From Eledone cirrhosa (Eukaryota): a DNA stretch of 64,000 bases. Location of the stretch: NCBI GenBank assembly GCA_964016885.1, contig OZ024750.1:41850001-41914000 (forward strand). Reading direction: 5' to 3'. Made by a program: the position numbers and the translations under genes. The notes under the pieces were generated by a model. The model was not told the DNA's origin and ran no database searches. It saw nothing but the letters and a program-made list of their open reading frames with translations. The number at the start of each line of letters is the position of its first letter. Position 1 is the first letter of the stretch. Positions 54,969-64,000 of the stretch are shown piece by piece.

Positions 54969-55371
54969 GTGTGTGTATGGAATTAGCGTTTAAACAGGTG
55001 TTACATAATCATATTTATTGCATAATACATATTTCAGACACCAGTGTGGAGCTGTTATGCGATCATTATGTAACATCTGTCTCTACTTTAGGCACAAGGC
55101 CAGCAATTACCCAGTGCATTACTGGTACTTTATTTTATCGACCCCGTAAGGATGAAAGGCAAAGTCAACCTCGGCGGGATTTGAACTGAGATCGTAAAGG
55201 GACGTAACTATGCTGGAAAGCATGGCGTCCGACCCTCTACTGATACTGCCAATCCACCGCCCTTATGTTACAGATGTTACATAATGATCGCATAACAGTT
55301 CCACACTGGTCTCTGAAATATGTATTATGCAATAAATATGATTATGTAACACCTGTCTAAACGCTAATTCC
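54969..55371. repeat. ~110-bp inverted repeat enclosing a family 1 SINE (55081-55263, minus)
   Basis: 54969-55080 is the reverse complement of 55270-55371. Confidence 0.85.
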
Positions 55372-55637
55372 TCTGTACTGTATATATACGAGGTATATAT
55401 ACAGTACAGAGGTAACTATATATAGAAGACACCAGCTGTTTCCTCGTCCTTGTTTAGATAATGTACATACCTTCTGATGGGAACCCAACCCAACTAAAAA
55501 GCGATTAAAAGTGTTTATCATTTTTTTTAACTTCAGAGAAATACATACATTTACCATGTTTACATATTTATATACTCTAAAATGTGTAAATTCATATACA
55601 CATTTATTCCATCTTGGTTGCCTCTATACTGTATATA

Positions 55638-56202
55638 TGAGGGGGCTTCAAAAAGTCTGTGGAAAAACTACATAGCTAAAAATTATATGCGGGGATTTCG
55701 ATCTCAATGCACCTGTACTTTCTCTTACTAACATATCATAACATGTTCTAACATGAACCCTTAAATGCATGTTGCAATGCGGTGCTGCCATTCGGAAGTC
55801 AGCACTCGCTTGAGCAAGATGGCCTCCATCAAAATTGAGGCCAAGACAAACATCAAATTCATGGTGAAGCTATGTTTGGAAGAGTAGCCAAATCATTGAC
55901 ACTTTGGAGCAAGTTTATGGGGACAATGTCCCAAAGAAATCAATAACCTACAAATGGATAAGTCGTTTTAGAAGTGGAAGAGATGAGGTTGAAGATGATC
56001 CCCAGTTGAAGATGTAAAAAAAACTACTTTGACATGGTTTAAATCACATGATCCTCAGTTTTACACAGATGGACTTAAAGGCTGGTATCAATGATTGTAG
56101 AAGTGTATTGACCTAGATGGAGCATATGTTGAAAAATAAACATCATAACTTAAACCCTTTTTTCCAACTGTCCTTTTCCCACAAACTTTTTGAAGCCCTT
56201 CA
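55638..56202 (+). mobile_element. Internally deleted mariner (irritans subfamily, Hsmar2-like)
   Basis: TA TSD; TIRs tgagggggcttcaaaaagtctgtgg / ccacaaactttttgaagcccttca; transposase remnants MASIKIEAKTNIKFMVKL..VYGDNVPKKSITYKWISRFRSGRDEVED and VKKTTLTWFKSHDPQFYTDGLKGWY..KCIDLDGAYVEK. Confidence 0.9.
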
Positions 56203-56579
56203 TATACACAGATATAACTACAGGTAAAATTCCATTAAAACGAATTTTTCAATCCCCGGCCACATGCCCAATCTCGTTAAAACGAAATTTTTTTTTATAT
56301 CCTGTGAATTTCATTACAACGGAAATTTCACTGTGTCATATATTTATACAATGCTGTTGCTCCAGCAAGGCCCAAGCCTCTTGGCCGGAACACATAATAG
56401 AATAAAGTATTTCAGCAACTTAGCATACAACTGTGTGTGTGTGTGTGTATACGTGTGTATGTATGTATGTGTGTGTGTGTGTATGTATATGTGTGTGTGT
56501 GTATGTATGTATATGTGTGTGTGTGTGTTGAACAATGAAAACTGAAAAAAAAGTCAAAGATAGGAACTTAATTATTTCT

Positions 56580-56705
56580 TTGTTTTACGATCGTTTCAGA
56601 GGGTAAATCAATATATTCATGGTAGATCAATATATTGATTAGCTAGTTATGTCACTACCTAGTCTCGAAATCCTTGATCCATTACACTGTCCTCCTCAGA
56701 AACAA
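56580..56705 (-). ncRNA. Hammerhead ribozyme with long stem II insertion
   Basis: Minus: ttgttt CTGAGGA gga..tct GAAA cgatcg TA aaacaa; palindromic stem III. Confidence 0.78.
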
Positions 56706-57026
56706 TATATATTCTCAGGTCTCGAATAATCGGCCGCTCCCCCTCCACCACCACGTTCATATCCCCCTCCCCCGTTTATTCCAAACCCACTGCCCCCATT
56801 ATTTGGGACCCAAAAGTATGTAGGGTTCTGATCTAATAATCTAAGTATCACACAACAGAAAAAAAATATTTATAATGTTTGATTTATTCATTTTCTTACA
56901 ACATAGAACAAAGATGAAAATTAGCAGATAGTTGCTTTGCTGAAACCTAGTAGCTATGTTGTAAGAAAATGACTAAATCATTCTATCTACCCACAACACA
57001 CACACCACACACACACATTATTTATA

Positions 57027-57717
57027 TCATCATCATCATCATCATCATCGTTTTACGTCCGTTCTTCCACGCTAGCATGGGTTAGACGGGTTGTCCTGTT
57101 GTGGGCAGTGTCTGGTCAGCTGACCTTGTCTTGCTCATACGGGAACTGATTCTGGTTTGATTTATACAGCTGGATGCCCTTCCTAACACTAACCTCATTT
57201 ACAGTGAATGCTGGATGCTTTTTTCCGTGGTGCCTACACGTCCACTTTACAGTGTGGGCTGGGTGCTTTTTTGCCGTGGGAAAGGGTAGGGACATATTGT
57301 CTATATGCTTCGCTTCGGCTTGTTCCTGTGGAGGGGGGTCAGGTCTTCTGTGTTACTGTGTGATGCCAGAGGTCACGGTCGTCTGTCATTCCTCTTGAGA
57401 GGTGCAATTGGGCAAGGTCAGCTTTTATCACCTCATCCCAGGTCTTCTTGGGTCTCCCCACTGCGCGACTTCCATCGACTTCTATTGCTCTGCACCTTTT
57501 TTTGCAGCTGTTATCCTTCATACGCATCAGATGTCCATACCAACGTAACCTCCTCCCCTGCACACAGCATTTGATTCCTCTTATGCTCAGTCTCTCTCTC
57601 AATTCGTTTATACTTTGCCGTTCGCGTATATTACTATTACACATCCATCGAAGCATGCAGGCTTCGTTTCTTTCTAATCTACGCAAGTCTTCCACCTTCA
57701 GCGCCCAGGTTTCACTT
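57027..57717 (-). mobile_element. RTE LINE 3' fragment (related subfamily)
   Basis: [41 protein letters not shown], plus UTR and (GAT)n. Confidence 0.9.
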
Positions 57718-57720
57718 CAC

Positions 57721-59030
<1,310 letters not shown>

Positions 59031-59097
59031 GTGTATATGTGTTTGCAGAGAGAATGGAAGTTAAATGATGATGATGATGACACCCCACCCATCCTCC

Positions 59098-59136
<39 letters not shown>

Positions 59137-59542
59137 GCGTGTTGAAAATAAATATATATGACGATGATGATGATAATAATGATGATGATGATGATGATAT
59201 ATATATATCCAAACACCAATTTATTCCCATCTCCACAAGCACACACTCAAATACACACCCGTCCAAACACCCAACCACACACACTGTACTACCATCTAAG
59301 GGAAATAACTAATTTAGGAATATAACTAGACTGAAGCTTCTTCCTAAGCTACTACTAAAAATAGAAGACACTTTTACATGGAGAATAATTTCTCTGACAG
59401 ACAAGCTTGCCATTAGCTTTTGGGTTAATGTTGAATATATTTCTCTTCTTAATAGACATAGAAAAAGGCATAAACATCACAATTTCCCATGTTCACAGAA
59501 TTTCTGCTTAAGTAATATATATACACGCACACACACACACAT

Positions 59543-59604
<62 letters not shown>

Positions 59605-60036
59605 AACTTATTGGTTTTGATGTTAGACTCTTCATGGAGTGTAAAGCCCTTTCAGAAATATAACATTGTACTCTTAGGCAAGAAATACTACCCTGTCTAA
59701 CTGTCTATATACAGACACCATTGATATCAACAGTAATTACTGTCAAACTAACAAATGGAAGAGGGTTTCTACATGGTTAGTTAACCTGTTAGAAATAGCA
59801 GCCAAACTTCTCTCAAATCACACCCTACTGTCTTAAAAAGGAAGAAGAAAGGATTATGGAGTTCTAGATGTAGTTGCTAAAACATAGAAAATTCTGTTGG
59901 TTTTCATGATGAGTTTTCCTGTTGTTCGGACAATGAAAAAATCTACTGGTTAAATTAATGTGTAAGTAAGTGACTGAGCATTCTCCAGACACTTGTATCC
60001 TTTAGATTAATGTCAGGGAAATTTAGTATAACACAA

Positions 60037-61452
60037 GATCTCTGGCATTACGCAGTAATACAGAAGACCCGACTTCCCACACGCACACAGTCCGAGACTG
60101 AACCTTATACACAGTATGCCCTACCCACCCCCTCCCACTGTAAGGTGGTCGTGTAGGTGTCACAACAAATAGCATCCAGTCCACTCTGTGAAGTGGTTGT
60201 GTATGGCAAAAAGCACCCAGTTCACATTGTTGAGTGGTCGTGTAGGTGACATGACAAAAAGTACCCAGCACTTACTGTAAAGGGGTCGTGTAGGTGACAT
60301 GACAAAAAGTACCCAGCACTTACTGTAAAGGGGTCGTGTAGGTGACATGACAAAAAGTACCCAGCACTTACTGTAAAGGGGTCGTGTAGGTGACATGACA
60401 AAAAGTACCCAGCACTTACTGTAAAGGGGTCGTGTAGGTGACATGACAAAAAGTACCCAGCACTTACTGTAAAGGGGTCGTGTAGGTGACATGACAAAAA
60501 GTACCCAGCACTTACTGTAAAGGGGTCGTGTAGGTGACATGACAAAAAGTACCGAGCACACACTGTAAAGTGGTCGTGTAGGTGACATGACAAAAAGTAC
60601 CCAGCACACACTGTAAAGTGGTCATGTAAGTGACATGACAAAAAGTACCGAGCACACACTGTAAAGTGGTCGTGTAGGTGACATGACAAAAAGTACCCAG
60701 CACACACTGTAAAGTGGTCATGTAGGTGACATGACAAAAAGTACCGAGCACACACTGTAAAGTGGTCGTGTAGGTGACATGACAAAAAGTACCCAGCACA
60801 CACTGTAAAGTGGTCATGTAGGTGACATGACAAAAAGTACCGAGCACACACTGTAAAGTGGTCGTGTAGGTGACATGACAAAAAGTACCCAGCACACACT
60901 GTAAAGTGGTCATGTAGGTGACATGACAAAAAGTACCCAGCACACAATGTAAAGTGGTCGTGTAAGTGACATGAAAAAAAGTACCCAGCACACACTGTAA
61001 AGCGGTCATGTAGCTGACATGACAAAAAGTACCCAGCACTTACTGTAAAGTGGTCGTGTAGGTGACATGACAAAATGTACCCAGAACACACTCTAAAGCG
61101 GTCATGTAGGTGACATGACAAAAAGTACCGAGCACACACTGTAAAGTGGTTGTGTAGGTGACATGACAAAAAGTACCCAGCACACACTGTAAAGTGGTCG
61201 TGTAGGTGACATGAAAAAAAGTACCCAGAACACACTGTAAAGCGGTCATGTAGGTGACATGACAAAAAGTACCCAGAACACACCGTAAATGAGATTGGCG
61301 TTAAGAAGGGCATCCAGCCATAGAAACCAAGCCAAAATCAGTTGTGTGAGAGCGAATCACAGTCCTCTGACCTGATCTCTCACAAAGGGACAGTCTGTCC
61401 TACCCATACTAGCATGGAAGATGGACGTTAAACAATGATGACGATGATGATG
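60037..61452 (+). mobile_element. RTE 3' end whose UTR module is expanded into a 48-bp satellite (~22 copies, 60225-61290)
   Basis: Begins at DLWHYAVIQKTR; unit gtggtcgtgtaggtgacatgacaaaaagtacccagcacacactgtaaa; ends in (GAT)n. Confidence 0.9.
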
Positions 61453-61654
61453 GCTAACCTTTTGAATTACAGGTACAATTGATCTGAAAGACTTCTCAAA
61501 ACAGGTTCTATCTTTTCAGTTTTATTCACCAGATCAGATTCATCTCAGATTACAGTAGAAGACACTCACCCATCATGCCACCCAGTGGGATTGAACATGG
61601 AACCTCATGAGGGGGAGGCAAACTTCTTAACCAATCAGCCATGTTGAGATATAG

Positions 61655-62085
61655 TATGGCTTAGTGGTTGGAGCTTCGGCTTACAATCGTGAGGGTTGTG
61701 AGTTCAATTACCAGACGAGGTGATGTGTTGTGTCCTTGAGCAAGACACTTTATTTCCTGTTGCTCCAGGTGACTCAGCTGTAGAAATGAGTTGTGTCGTC
61801 ACTGGTGCCAAGCTGTATCGGCCTTTGCCTTTCCCTTAGACAACATCATATATAGTGTATATATAGTGTAGATATAGTGTAGATATAGTGTATATATAGT
61901 GTATATATAGTGTATATATAGTGTATATATAGTGTATATATAGTGTAGATATAGTGTAGATATATGTCGCAACGTCACTGGTGCCAGGATGTTTCAACCT
62001 TGGGCATCATTGGTGGTGTGGAGAGGGCGAGAATGGTATGCATTGGTGACTGCTGAACTTCCACAAAAAACCCTTGCCCTGACAT
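61655..62085 (+). mobile_element. tRNA-headed SINE related to family 2, interrupted by a tatatagtgta minisatellite
   Basis: tggcttagtggttggagc..gagttcaatt..gtgtccttgagcaagacactt. Confidence 0.7.
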
Positions 62086-62129
62086 ATGATGAAGTACAAT
62101 AATGTTGTTGTGTGGCTTCTGCGTTACTT

Positions 62130-64000
62130 ATGATAGGACAGACCTATGACAGGGCAGACCTGTGATAAGGCAGAGCTGTGATAGGGCAGACCTAGGACAG
62201 GGTAGACCTGTGACAGGGCAGACCTGTAATAGGGCAGACCTGTGATAGGACAGACCTAGGACAGGGCAGACCTGTGATAGGGCAGACCTGTGATAGGGCA
62301 AACCTAGGACAGGGCAGACCTGTGATAGGGAAGACCTGTGATAGGGCAGACCTAGGACAGGGCAGACCTAGGACAGGGCAGACCTGTGATAGGACAGACC
62401 TAGGACAGGGCAGACCTGTGATAGGGAAGACCTGTGATAGGGCAGACCTAGGACAGGGCAGACCTGTGATAGGACAGACCTAGGACAGGGCAGACCTGTG
62501 ATAGGGAAGACCTGTGATAGGGCAGACCTAGGACAGGGCAGACCTAGGACAGGGCAGACCTGTGATAGGACAGACCTAGGACAAGGCAGACCTGTGATAG
62601 GACAGACCTATGACAGGGCAGACCTAGGACAGGGCAGACCTGTGATAGGACAGACCTATGACAGGGCAGACCTGTGATAGGACAGACCTATGACAGGGCA
62701 GACCTAGGACAGGGCAGACCTGTGACAGGGCAGACCTGTAATAGGGCAGACCTGTGATAGGACAGACCTAGGACAGGGCAGACCTGTGATAGGGCAGACC
62801 TGTGATAGGGCAAACCTAGGACAGGGCAGACCTGTGATAGGGAAGACCTGTGATAGGGCAGACCTAGGACAGGGCAGACCTAGGACAGGGCAGACCTGTG
62901 ATAGGACAGACCTAGGACAGGGCAGACCTGTGATAGGGAAGACCTGTGATAGGGCAGACCTAGGACAGGGCAGACCTGTGATAGGACAGACCTAGGACAG
63001 GGCAGACCTGTGATAGGGAAGACCTGTGATAGGGCAGACCTAGGACAGGGCAGACCTAGGACAGGGCAGACCTGTGATAGGACAGACCTAGGACAAGGCA
63101 GACCTGTGATAGGACAGACCTATGACAGGGCAGACCTAGGACAGGGCAGACCTGTGATAGGACAGACCTATGACAGGGCAGACCTGTGATAGGACAGACC
63201 TATGACAGGGCAGACCTAGGACAGGGCAGACCTAGGACAGTGCAGACCTGTGATAGGACAGACCTAGGACAGGGCAGACCTGTGATAGGACAGACCTAGG
63301 ACAGGGCAGACCTGTGATAGGACAGACCTAGGACAGGGCAGACCTATGACAGGGCAGACCTAGGACAGGGCAGACCTAGGACAGGGCAGACCTGTGATAG
63401 GACAGACCTAGGACAGGGCAGATCTATGACAGAGCAGACCTAGGACAAGGCAGAGCTAGGACAGGGCAAACCTGTGATAGGACAGAGCTAGGACAGGACA
63501 GACCAGTGATAGGACAGTCCTAGGACAGGGCAGACCTATGACAGAGCAACCTGTGATAGGACAGACCTAGGACAGGGCAGACCTGTGATAGGACAGACCT
63601 ACACAGGGCAGACCTAGGACAGGGCAGACCTGTGATAGGACAGACCTAGGACAGGGCAGACCTGTGATAGGACAGACCTAGGACAGGGCAGACCTATGAC
63701 AGGGCAGACCTAGGACAGGGCAGACCTGTGATAGGACAGACCTAGGACAGGGCAGACGTATGACAGAGCAGACCTAGGACAGGGCAGACCTGTGATAGGA
63801 CAGACCTAGGACAGGGCAGACCTGTGATAGGACAGACCTAGGACAGGGCAGACCTAGGACAGGGCAGAGCTAGGACAGGGCAGACCTATGACAGAGCAGA
63901 CCTAGGACAGGGCAGACCTGTGATAGGACAGACCTAGGACAGGGCAGACCTAGGACAGGGCAGGCAGACCTGTGATAGGACAGACCTATGACAGAGCAGA
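62130..64000. repeat. 15-bp minisatellite with variant units
   Basis: cagacctaggacagg / cagacctgtgatagg variants; runs off the window end. Confidence 0.96.

Overview
Repeat-saturated, AT-rich eukaryotic DNA. The microsatellite style and the SINE/LINE families suggest a cephalopod such as octopus (inference). No host protein-coding gene can be supported, and almost all listed ORFs are simple-repeat or satellite artefacts. Real coding sequence is limited to transposons: two complementary, nearly identical RTE-clade LINE copies (5644-7359 minus, RT plus an internal PHD-type zinc finger; 47696-49752 plus, APE endonuclease plus RT start), several LINE 3' fragments, and an internally deleted Hsmar2-like mariner. 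The main hidden signal is an unusually high density of type I hammerhead ribozyme (HHR) motifs, about 28 read by eye from several unrelated families. They include (i) a homogeneous 7 x 422-bp tandem array with one HHR per unit (44541-47539), a candidate non-LTR retrozyme/circRNA locus lying head-to-head with the RTE 5' end, with a diverged monomer at about 3.3-3.7 kb that shows stem covariation; (ii) a ~3.9-kb palindrome with an HHR at each outer end; and (iii) many Penelope-like inverted-repeat elements embedded in (TA)n. The window also holds tRNA-derived SINEs, TTAA-flanked piggyBac-type MITEs and several satellites (15, 20, 48, 51, 72 and 84 bp units). All folds and alignments were done by eye, and coordinates are approximate.
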